A DNA stretch of 64,000 nt from an uncultured Clostridia bacterium (GTDB taxonomy: Bacteria; Bacillota; Clostridia; UMGS1883; UMGS1540), in the NCBI GenBank assembly GCA_937966555.1, contig CALCLY010000027.1, positions 14,620 to 78,619 of the forward strand. The letters are read 5' to 3'. The translations under genes were made by a program, and so were the position numbers. The notes below the pieces were generated by a model. It searched no databases. It had not been told where the DNA came from and worked only from the letters and a program-made list of their open reading frames with translations. This document shows, piece by piece, positions 1 through 7,464 of this stretch. Within the stretch, counting starts at the first letter, position 1. Each line of letters begins with the position of its first letter.

Positions 1-453
1 AATGTCTTTGGGGAGCAAAAGTCTGTTTGTGATATCTCTTGACACTTCCCCTGCCATATAATCTCTCTGCGTTGAGTTTACAACAGGGTTTTTATTTGAA
101 TTTTCCTGTTTTGCCTCCTCGTTGTTGCACTCTATAAGGCTTAAAATTTTGTCATCCGTGGTGTTTGACTGACGTACAAGTGCTCTTGTATATCTGTATG
201 TAATATACGCTTTCGCAACTTCAAATGCGCCGTGCGCCATAATCTGGCGTTCAACAAGGTCCTGCACTTCCTCCACGCTCGGCGAATGACCCAAAGACTC
301 GCATGCCAAAACAACCCTCTCGCCTATTCTTTCTATCTGCTTCGGGGTCATTCTCGCGTCTTCCAAAACAGCATCATTTGCCTTTGTAATAGCTTTGATT
401 ATCTTGTTTTCATCAAATTGAACCTCTGATCCGTTTCTTTTAATAATCTTCAT
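1..453 (-). CDS. nrdD: anaerobic ribonucleoside-triphosphate reductase NrdD, N-terminal part (gene runs off the window start)
   Basis: Reverse ORF is open to position 1, with ATG at 453-451 preceded by GAGGGGG. MKIIKRNGSEVQFDENKIIKAITKA is an ATP-cone, followed by NSNKNPVVNSTQRDYMAGEVSRD as in class III RNR. It is absent from the ORF track because there is no stop in the window. Confidence 0.8.
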   Translation of the reverse strand, partial: MKIIKRNGSEVQFDENKIIKAITKANDAVLEDARMTPKQIERIGERVVLACESLGHSPSVEEVQDLVERQIMAHGAFEVAKAYITYRYTRALVRQSNTTDDKILSLIECNNEEAKQENSNKNPVVNSTQRDYMAGEVSRDITNRLLLPKDI

Positions 454-535
454 TTTTCATACCCCCTCTGAAATAATGGAAAACATTGTATTTTAACGAT
501 TATATCTATATGTAGTTGTTGTAGTATATATAACT

Positions 536-551
536 ATACCATATATTGTGT
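536..551. promoter_or_regulatory. NrdR-box-like palindrome upstream of nrdD
   Basis: ATACCATATATTGTGT matches about 14 of 16 positions of the acaCwAtATaTwGtgt NrdR-box consensus. A second AT-rich near-palindrome, GTAGTATATATAACTA, lies at 521-536, but the spacing is not canonical. Confidence 0.35.
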
Positions 552-642
552 ATTGTGTCAAGAGCCAATTTTACAAAATTCCCGCGGCCGCGCACCGATC
601 CGCTTGGGAATCGGCTTTTTCCGCATTAAATTTTTTTAAAGC

Positions 643-671
643 TTGACAATCACTCTGCCCTATGATAGAAT
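643..671 (+). promoter_or_regulatory. sigma-A type promoter for the SGNH hydrolase gene
   Basis: TTGACA (643-648), 17-nt spacer, TAGAAT (666-671). The TTG that opens the 643 ORF is the -35 box, not a start codon. Confidence 0.55.
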
Positions 672-705
672 TAATCACGCAAATTTACAAAAAGGAATGA
701 TCTTC

Positions 706-1341
706 ATGAAATCTTTAGGAAATGTTTTTATCCTCGGAGACAGTTACTCCACATTTGAAGGCGTGATACCTGAAAATTTTGATGCGTATTACCCTTCCGC
801 AGAACAGCGCGACAGCTTGAAAACCGCGGAGGAAACGTGGTGGATGCATGTTATAAACGAAACCAATTCGCATCTTCTTAAAAATTGCAGCTATTCCGGC
901 ACCACCGTTTGCAATATTACATATGAAGGGAAATATTGCCCCGACACGTCATTTGTCGGCCGCATTGCAGACTGGCTTGACACCGGCGAATATAAACCCT
1001 CCGATATAGACACAATATTTGTGTTCGGCGGCACAAACGACTCCTGGGCGGAATCACCCATAGGCAAGCCTAAATATTCCGGACGGACAGATGAAGATTT
1101 AAAAAGCTTCTCCCCCGCCCTTTGCGAGCTTTTTGAAACTTTAAAGAAAACATGCCCGAAGGCGCGCATCATAAACATAACAAATACAGATCTTAAAGAG
1201 GAAATATCGTCCGTTATGTCCGAAATCTGCGCGCATTATTCCATACAAAATATTGTTCTTACGAAAATAGATAAAGATAACGGTCACCCCACCGTTTTGG
1301 GAATGAAAAATATTGCCGATGAAATTTTGGCGGCATTATAA
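706..1341 (+). CDS. SGNH/GDSL-family hydrolase
   Basis: FILGDSYSTF (GDS block), GGTNDSW and DNGHPT (D-x-x-H) blocks. Start moved to ATG 706, which has AAGGA 9 nt upstream. Confidence 0.8.
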   Translation: MKSLGNVFILGDSYSTFEGVIPENFDAYYPSAEQRDSLKTAEETWWMHVINETNSHLLKNCSYSGTTVCNITYEGKYCPDTSFVGRIADWLDTGEYKPSDIDTIFVFGGTNDSWAESPIGKPKYSGRTDEDLKSFSPALCELFETLKKTCPKARIINITNTDLKEEISSVMSEICAHYSIQNIVLTKIDKDNGHPTVLGMKNIADEILAAL

Positions 1342-1352
1342 AAGAAGTGCAT

Positions 1353-1389
1353 AAAAAGCGGTGCAGCAAATATTGCTGCACCGCTTTTT
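1353..1389 (+). terminator. intrinsic terminator after the SGNH gene
   Basis: GCGGTGCAGC aaatatt GCTGCACCGC perfect 10-bp stem flanked by an A-run and a TTTTT run. Confidence 0.75.
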
Positions 1390-1850
1390 GCATTTGCGTT
1401 TGAGAGCGAACAAGCGCGAGCGACCGCCGGGCTTCGGAAAAATAGTGCAGAATGGACAAACTGAGCCCAAGCAAAGCTTGGGGTTACCCGAAGGCGTACA
1501 AAGGTACGCCGAGAGGCGAAGTTTTACTTCCTTATTTGCGTTGCGGAAACAAAACGGGCGACCACACAGGGTCGCCCCTACGGCGTCGGGACAAGCTGCG
1601 CTCCGTTCCGATTTTCGGAATGAAAATCAGTCACACGCTCCGCTGTTCCTCCTTTTCCGCGAAAAGTCACGTTTGCGAATGCTATGTGTTTGTAAACGCA
1701 CACATAACGCCTTCGCGGCACTACCAACTTTTCACGGTGGTTCGAGAACGCAGAAAAGGCTTAAAATCATAAAAAGCCGCGGCGTGTACGTGGCTTTTTA
1801 TTCATATATGAGGGTAGAAATGCAACGCATTTCGTAAGCCAAGGCAAGTG
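1390..1850. repeat. mosaic REP/BIME-like intergenic repeat cluster
   Basis: Modules are shared with 4636-4770 (gagagcgaacaagcg...gccgagaggcgaagtt) and 4320-4510 (about 190-bp element). Contains REP core 1555-1581 (minus orientation), terminator-like hairpin about 1769-1799, and a gagggtag-GAAATGCaacGCATTTC-cgtaag cassette at 1810-1837. Confidence 0.9.
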
Positions 1851-2257
1851 AAACTTGAACACGTATTGGTTTTTACATGCCAATTTTCCTCAAAACTGTG
1901 TCAAACACCTTGTAAATACGAAAAGTATTCACTGCGGTATTTTCCTTGTTTAAAGAAAAATTGGCTATGAAAAAACTGCTTGCACCTGCCGATGAGGAAT
2001 TTTATTAATAATTTAAGTGCAGAGGGTGCAGTCGGGCTGACGCCCGTCAAGCCCGATAAACTTAAAGAATTTTAAAATTCCCATCGCCAGGCAACATGTG
2101 TTCGGGTTTTACTTGCCGAAGCGCCGAATGCAATTTAAAACGACTGCTTGCTGTCGTTTTAGGAGCGAGCCGTGCGAGATCCCCTTTAGCCATTGTTTGA
2201 CATTATAACTGTGTGATATATTTACAAATAGGGAAGGAATAAAGAAAGGATGATATT

Positions 2258-3301
2258 ATGGCAAAAATTTCCGAAATTTTAGACAGCGCGGTAGAAAGCT
2301 TCCTTGAGATAACCCCAAACATCACATCGCACATGGAAAACTCCGAAAATCCGCATGGTGTTACAAAATCACAAGTGGGTCTCGGAAATGTTGACAACGC
2401 TAAACAGGCATCAAAAACCGAGTTTGATTCTCACACGGGCAACAAGGCAAATCCCCACGGCGTCACAAAATCGCAAGTGGGTCTCGGAAATGTTGACAAC
2501 GCTAAACAGGCATCAAAAACCGAGTTTGATTCTCACACGGGCAACAAGGCAAATCCCCACGGCGTCACAAAATCGCAAGTGGGTCTCGGAAACGTCGACA
2601 ACGCTAAACAGGCATCAAAAACCGAGTTTGACTCGCACGTTGCCGGCACCGCGTCAAAACATTCCGCCTCCGACATTGTCTACGATTCTTCAAGCGGCAA
2701 AAGTGTAAAAGATCAGATTCTTTCGATGCAGCTTAATGCAGGTCAGGGCACGCTTTTGCACAACGAACTTCAAAACCGCGACACGGCAAATCAGCACAGC
2801 ATAGACAGCATAACCGATTTGCGCGACGTTTTGGGCTACACAATCGTTATGACGGGCGAAACTACGGACGGCACAACGTATGTTGAGCTTTTGGGCGATC
2901 CCGCGCTTCCGCAGAGCAAGACAGGCGGATTTTTGGACGAGGACGGCAGGCTCACCGTGCCGCGCGGAATTGTTGCGCGCGCCGAAGTCAATATTATGTG
3001 CGCCCAGTACGCGGCGGACACGGACGGCGTCAACAAAATAAACGGCAATAGCTTAGCAAGATTCTATCTTGATACATGGGCTTTTGCATTAAACTCAATG
3101 CGCCAGATTTGGTATAAAGACGCGTCGGGAAACAATATGGAGTTTACCAAGTTTACAAGAAGCACGGACACCGCCGCAACCATTGACGCAAAACTCGCCT
3201 TTAAAGATGTGCAGTCAAATAAGCTCACGGTGTGCGGCGCGGCAGATACGCCGATGAAGTGGAGAGCGGAGATTAAAATTTCAAGTATTTTGAAGGTTTG
3301 A
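2258..3301 (+). CDS. phage tail-fibre-like protein with three NPHGVTKSQVGLGNVDNAKQASKTEFDSH repeats
   Basis: 347-aa ORF with AAGGA-type RBS. The H-x-VTK-x-QVGLGNVDN motif is characteristic of phage tail-fibre and receptor-binding proteins. I do not recognise the C-terminal 220 aa. Confidence 0.65.
   Translation: MAKISEILDSAVESFLEITPNITSHMENSENPHGVTKSQVGLGNVDNAKQASKTEFDSHTGNKANPHGVTKSQVGLGNVDNAKQASKTEFDSHTGNKANPHGVTKSQVGLGNVDNAKQASKTEFDSHVAGTASKHSASDIVYDSSSGKSVKDQILSMQLNAGQGTLLHNELQNRDTANQHSIDSITDLRDVLGYTIVMTGETTDGTTYVELLGDPALPQSKTGGFLDEDGRLTVPRGIVARAEVNIMCAQYAADTDGVNKINGNSLARFYLDTWAFALNSMRQIWYKDASGNNMEFTKFTRSTDTAATIDAKLAFKDVQSNKLTVCGAADTPMKWRAEIKISSILKV
2348..2638 (+). repeat. in-frame 102-bp tandem repeat, 2.9 copies, inside the tail-fibre-like gene
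   Basis: Copies start at 2348, 2450 and 2552. Every difference between copies that I can see is a synonymous third-position change. Confidence 0.95.
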
Positions 3302-3302
3302 G

Positions 3303-3441
3303 GAGCGGAGCACAAAACGGGCGACCACATAGGGGCGCCCCTACGGCGTCGGGACAAGCTGCGCTCCGTTCCGACGATATGAGGGTAGAAATGCAACGCA
3401 TTTCGTAAGCAACGCGCCGAGAAGAGCGAGCCGGGCGAGCG
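3303..3441. repeat. mosaic REP/BIME-like repeat cluster
   Basis: REP core 3318-3344 (minus orientation, degenerate arm). Also a ggacaagctgcgctccgttcc hairpin module, a gagggtag-GAAATGCaacGCATTTC-cgtaag cassette, and a gagcgagccgggcgagcga tail. Confidence 0.85.
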
Positions 3442-3462
3442 ATATAAAGAAAGGAGTTTATA

Positions 3463-4263
3463 ATGCCTGTTTTAAAAACCGAAAAAACACACGGTTTCAC
3501 CGTTTTGGACAATACTTTTCTGAGAGACAAAAATCTTTCTCTTAAGGCAAAAGGCATTTTAAGTCTCATGCTTTCGCTCCCTCCGGACTGGGAGTTTTCC
3601 GAAGCGGGGCTCACCGCAATATGCAAAGAAGGCAAAGACAGCGTGCACTCCGCCTTAAAGGAGCTTGAATCCTGCGGCTATATTATGCGCGAGCGCGTCA
3701 GAAACGAAAAAGGGCGCGTCACCTCGTCGCGCTACACCGTTTCGGAAACTCCTGTTTTTGAAAAACCCGTGAAGGAAAACCCGAAAGCGGCAAAACCAAA
3801 AGCGGAAAATCCGCAGCAATTAAATAAAGAAATAATAAATAAAGACATACAAAATAAAGATGTATCAAATACTTATCGAATCGGTTCTTATGAAACGATA
3901 GGACTTGATGAGTACCGCGCATACTTAAAGCTCATAAAAAAGAACATAAGCTACGAAACGCTTTGCCGGCGGCGCAAACACGAGATTCCCAAAATTGACG
4001 GCATTTGCGACCTGCTTTGCCGGACGCTCTGTTCAAAGCGCGAAAGCATTGTGATTTCCGCGGAAAGCTATCCCGCAGACCTTGTAAAATCGCGCCTTTT
4101 AAAGCTTCATGACGGGCATGTTCTCTATGTTCTTGACTGCATGAGCGAAAACACGGCTCATATCCGCAATATAAAAAAATATATTCTTGCCGCGCTTTTT
4201 AACGCACCTTCCACCATCGATGCGTATTATGAGGCTAAGGCGAATGAATTGAGCAATATGTAA
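3463..4263 (+). CDS. mobile-element replication-initiator-like winged-HTH protein (N-terminal HTH, C-terminal DUF6017-like region)
   Basis: GFTVLDNTFLRDKNLSLKAKGILSLMLSLPPDWEFSEAGL...ALKELESCGYI pattern. The C-terminus VKSRLLKLHDGHVLYVLDCMSENTAHIRNIKKYILAALFNAPSTID resembles proteins of Firmicute conjugative elements and phages. Assigned from memory, not from a search. Confidence 0.6.
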   Translation: MPVLKTEKTHGFTVLDNTFLRDKNLSLKAKGILSLMLSLPPDWEFSEAGLTAICKEGKDSVHSALKELESCGYIMRERVRNEKGRVTSSRYTVSETPVFEKPVKENPKAAKPKAENPQQLNKEIINKDIQNKDVSNTYRIGSYETIGLDEYRAYLKLIKKNISYETLCRRRKHEIPKIDGICDLLCRTLCSKRESIVISAESYPADLVKSRLLKLHDGHVLYVLDCMSENTAHIRNIKKYILAALFNAPSTIDAYYEAKANELSNM

Positions 4264-4775
4264 CGGCGAGCGGCCGCATAGGGACAAATCACGAATTGTC
4301 CGCATGGTGTGCGGACAATAAACGGGCGACCACATAGGGTCGCCCCTACGGCGTCGGAACAAGCTGCGCTTCGTTCCGATTTTGAATACAAAATCAGTCA
4401 CATGCTCCGCTGTCCCTCCTTTTCCGCGAAAAGTCACGTTTGCTTCGGCTATGTGCCCCAAAATGTGCACATAACGCCTTCGCGGCACTACCAACTTTTC
4501 GCGGTTGTTTTGGGGAAAGCGGTTTAAAATCATAAAAAGCCGCGACCTGTGCGTGGCTTTTTATTCCTATATGAGGGTAGGAAACAACATGTTGTTTCCG
4601 TAAGCGGAGCGCCGAATGCAACCAAACGCAATGCTTGCTTTGCGTTTGAGAGCGAACAAGCGTGAGCGACCGCCGGGCTTTGGGAAAATAGCGCAGAATG
4701 GACAAACTGAGCCCAAGCAAAGCTTGGGGTTACCCGAAGGCGTACAAAGGTACGCCGAGAGGCGAAGTTTGTTCA
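4262..4775. repeat. mosaic REP/BIME-like repeat cluster
   Basis: Contains: hairpin GGACAAATCACGAATTGTCC 4282-4301; REP core 4323-4349 (minus); a 190-bp element to about 4510; terminator-like hairpin about 4533-4562; perfect palindrome GGAAACAACATGTTGTTTCC 4580-4599; AAACGCAAtgcttgcTTTGCGTTT; and a gagagcgaacaagcgtgagcgac...gaggcgaagtt tail. Confidence 0.9.
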
Positions 4776-4910
4776 TAGCATAAAGCAAATAAGATGCAGA
4801 AATTTGCTGTGCGAATTTCAACATCTTTCTGCCATCTTCGATATACACTCTAAAAAAACATTTTTGTTTATTCTTTTTGCTTTATGCGATCTGTGCATTT
4901 TTACAAAGTC

Positions 4911-5348
4911 CTATATTACGTAGTCGTTTGCTCCGCGCTCTGTATACTCCTCAATCAAATCGCGCAGCGTAACCGAATCAAGATAATCCTCCACCGCCTT
5001 ATAAAGTCCGCGCCACAGCGGCAGCGTCATACAACCCTGCGCACGCGGACAGTCGGGCGGAGACTGCTCCGCACACAGCACCGGGGCAAGGCTGCCCTCG
5101 GTACATCGGAGAATTTCGCCGGCGGTGTAACACTCCGGCGCCTTTCTGAGCATATAGCCGCCGCGGTAGCCTCTGTTGGTTTTGAGAAAACCGGCACTGT
5201 TTAAAACAGGCACAATCTGCTCCAGATATTTTTTTGAAATACCCTGCCGCTCCGCGATGTCGTTTAAAGGAATGTATTCCTCCTCGGCATGCATGGCAAG
5301 GTCAAGCATCATGCGGATTGCATAGCGGCCTTTTGTTGAAATTTTCAT
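4911..5348 (-). CDS. Rrf2-family transcriptional regulator (CymR/IscR-like)
   Basis: MKISTKGRYAIRMMLDLA N-terminal HTH typical of the Rrf2 family. Lies directly downstream of cysK on the same strand. Confidence 0.9.
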   Translation of the reverse strand: MKISTKGRYAIRMMLDLAMHAEEEYIPLNDIAERQGISKKYLEQIVPVLNSAGFLKTNRGYRGGYMLRKAPECYTAGEILRCTEGSLAPVLCAEQSPPDCPRAQGCMTLPLWRGLYKAVEDYLDSVTLRDLIEEYTERGANDYVI

Positions 5349-5360
5349 TATTTCACCTCA

Positions 5361-6290
5361 TCAGTCTTCAAACATCGGTGTTGAGAGATATCTGTCTCCG
5401 GTGTCGGGCAGTAAAGCTACAATAACTTTTCCGCGGTTTTCGGGTCTTCTTGCAAGTTCTGCCGCCGCAAATACCGCAGCTCCCGACGAAATGCCGACCA
5501 AAACGCCCTCGCGTCTTGCAATTTCTTTTCCGGTTTTGAAAGCGTCTTCGTTCTGAACGGCTATAACCTCATCGTAAATCTTGGTGTTGAGCGTTTCGGG
5601 AACAAAGCCTGCGCCTATGCCCTGTATTTTGTGAGGACCTGCAACGCCCTTTGAAAGAACGGGCGATGTTGCGGGCTCCACTGCAACAACCTTAACATTC
5701 GGGTTTTTGGATTTTAAATATTCGCCCACGCCCGTAACCGTGCCGCCCGTACCTACGCCGGCAACGAAAATATCAACTTTTCCGTCCGTATCGTTCCAGA
5801 TTTCGGGGCCGGTTGTTTTTTTGTGCGCTTCGGGGTTTGCGGGGTTTGTAAACTGGCTCGGGATAAATCCGCCCGGAGTTTCGGAAAGAAGCTCTTCAGC
5901 CTTTGCAATTGCGCCTTTCATGCCCTTTGCGCCCTCAGTCAGCACGATTTGTGCGCCGTACGCCTTTAAAAGATTGCGGCGCTCAACGCTCATGGTCTCG
6001 GGCATTGTGAGGATAATTTTATATCCTCTTGCCGCCGCAACGGACGCCAAGCCTATGCCGGTGTTGCCGCTTGTGGGTTCTATTATAACCGAGCCCGGGC
6101 GAAGCTTTCCGCTTTTTTCCGCCTCGTCAATCATGGCAAGCGCAACTCTGTCTTTTACGCTTCCGGCAGGATTGAAATATTCAAGCTTTGCCAGAATATC
6201 AGCCTCAAGACCTTCAGCCTTTATGTAGTTTGTAAGTTTCAGAAGCGGTGTGCCTCCTATTAAATCGGTTGCTTTTTCATATACTTTCAT
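5361..6290 (-). CDS. cysK: cysteine synthase A (O-acetylserine sulfhydrylase)
   Basis: [28 protein letters not shown] (PLP lysine), TSGNTG and GTGGT motifs. Start trimmed to ATG 6290, which has GGAAGGGAG upstream. Confidence 0.92.
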   Translation of the reverse strand: MKVYEKATDLIGGTPLLKLTNYIKAEGLEADILAKLEYFNPAGSVKDRVALAMIDEAEKSGKLRPGSVIIEPTSGNTGIGLASVAAARGYKIILTMPETMSVERRNLLKAYGAQIVLTEGAKGMKGAIAKAEELLSETPGGFIPSQFTNPANPEAHKKTTGPEIWNDTDGKVDIFVAGVGTGGTVTGVGEYLKSKNPNVKVVAVEPATSPVLSKGVAGPHKIQGIGAGFVPETLNTKIYDEVIAVQNEDAFKTGKEIARREGVLVGISSGAAVFAAAELARRPENRGKVIVALLPDTGDRYLSTPMFED

Positions 6291-6366
6291 AATGAACTCC
6301 CTTCCGCCGAGCGTGCCGGCTAAAAAAATAATTAAATTTAGTTTACCTATCTGTTTTATAGGCTTT

Positions 6367-6395
6367 ATTATAGCACCGCTTCTTATGCTTGTCAA
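6367..6395 (-). promoter_or_regulatory. consensus sigma-A promoter for cysK
   Basis: On the minus strand: TTGACA (6395-6390), exactly 17 nt, TATAAT (6372-6367). Confidence 0.7.
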
Positions 6396-6448
6396 TACTT
6401 TTTTTAAAATTTTTTATTTTTTTGAAAAGAATTCAATATTGAAAACGG

Positions 6449-6950
6449 AAAAAGGCTTAAATTCATAAAAAGCCGCGGCGTGTACGTGGCTTTTTATTCC
6501 TATATGAGGGTAGGAAACAATGTGTTGTTTCCGTAAGCGGAGCGCCGAATGCAACCAAACGCAATGCTTGCTTTGCGTTTGAGAGCGAACAAGCGTGAGC
6601 GACCGTAAAAGCCGCGACCTGTGCGTGGCTTTTTATTCCTATATGAGGGTAGGAAACAATGTGTTGTTTCCGTAAGCGGAGCGCCGAATGCAACCAAACG
6701 CAATGCTTGCTTTGCGTTTGAGAGCGAACAAGCGTGAGCGACCGTAAAAGCCGCGACCTGTGCGTGGCTTTTTATTCCTATATGAGGGTAGGAAACAATG
6801 TGTTGTTTCCGTAAGCGGAGCGCCGAATGCAACCAAACGCAATGCTTGCTTTGCGTTTGAGAGCGAACAAGCGTGAGCGACCGTAAAAGCCGCGACCTGT
6901 GCGTGGCTTTTTATTCCTATATGAGGGTAGAAATGCAACGCATTTCGTAA
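6449..6950. repeat. tandem array of a 139-bp composite hairpin unit, about 3.5 copies
   Basis: Unit order: AAAAGCCGCG-N7-CGTGGCTTTTT hairpin, tatgagggtag, GGAAACAATGTGTTGTTTCC, cgtaagcggagcgccgaatgcaa, AAACGCAAtgcttgcTTTGCGTTT, gagagcgaacaagcgtgagcgaccg. The landmark gaccg recurs at 6601, 6740 and 6879, giving a 139-bp period. Copies 2-4 are near-identical. Confidence 0.95.
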
Positions 6951-7135
6951 GCCAAGGCAAGCACGGGCGACCACACAGGGTCGCCCCTACGGTCGTTTTA
7001 GGAGCGAACAAGTGTGAGCGACACCGCGGGGATAGGAAAAAAGCTTTGGAATCGACAAACTGAGCCGCAGCAAGGTAAAACTTGCTGCGGGTTACCCGAA
7101 GGCGTATGTGTATACGCCGAGAGGCGAAGTTTGCC
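6951..7135. repeat. mosaic REP/BIME-like repeat cluster
   Basis: REP core 6964-6990 (minus), ggagcgaacaagtgtgagcgac, and a variant of the ...acaaactgagcc...gttacccgaaggcgta...tacgccgagaggcgaagtt module seen at 1400-1530 and 4640-4770. Confidence 0.85.
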
Positions 7136-7214
7136 CGATAGCAAGAAAATAATAATTTCAGAAAAATCAAAATATTGATTTTTCTACTTTAAAATAAATA
7201 AAACATTACTGTTT

Positions 7215-7462
7215 ATTTTTTTCTTGCGTTCCGGAGTTTTTTAACATCCCCTTTTGTGTTGCGGAAAAAAACGGGCGACCACTGGGGGGTCGCCCCTACG
7301 GTATAATATTGAGAGCGTATAAATTCATAAAAAGCCGCGACCTGTGCGTGGCTTTTTATTCCTATATGAGGGTAGAAATGCAACGCATTTCGTAAGCGAA
7401 GCGCCGAATGCAAACTCGAAGGGCATACTTGTAGCCCTTCGAAGAGCTCGCCGTGCGAGCGA
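7215..7462. repeat. mosaic REP/BIME-like repeat cluster abutting the uxaA stop codon
   Basis: Contains the ttcttgcgttccggagttttttaacatccc module (7221-7255, also at 46583, 46647 and 50176), REP core 7272-7299 (minus), a terminator-like hairpin about 7328-7356, and the cassette unit 7363-7462 with alternative stems. Confidence 0.9.
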
Positions 7463-7464
7463 AT

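Noticed and set aside
643-705. TTG start at 643 for the SGNH hydrolase, and other long N-terminal extensions in the ORF track (cysK 6395, mgsA 13166, uxaB 10141, DUF3048 26414, ABC 28623/30289, sigG 42765, spoIIAA 59425, cinA 53509)
   Set aside because: The extensions lack RBSs, run through promoter or repeat sequence, and precede internal ATGs with good Shine-Dalgarno spacing and canonical family N-termini.
1361-1837. ORF-track entries lying wholly in repeat clusters. Examples: 1361-1837, 1452-1772, 4309-4527, 4394-4848, 6463-7170 series, 7213-7413, 15783-16102 series, 20555-20983, 22011-22265, 24283-24852, 26288-26943 series, 30267-30876 series, 47994-48260.
   Set aside because: They are translations of the REP and hairpin modules, with recurrent VGATLCGRP, GDHTGSPLR, GRPHRVAPTA and LFALKRKA peptides in all frames and both strands. 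They lack RBSs, overlap each other, and have no consistent reading frame between copies. They are an annotation hazard, not genes.
1851-4263. Intact prophage or integrative conjugative element
   Set aside because: Only two mobile-element-type genes are present. There are no integrase, recombinase, structural, packaging or transfer genes, and no identifiable att repeats.
6449-6950. Regularly spaced repeat array considered as a CRISPR locus
   Set aside because: The 139-bp units are contiguous with no unique spacers. The unit is far longer than a CRISPR repeat and also occurs as single dispersed copies. No cas genes are present in the window.
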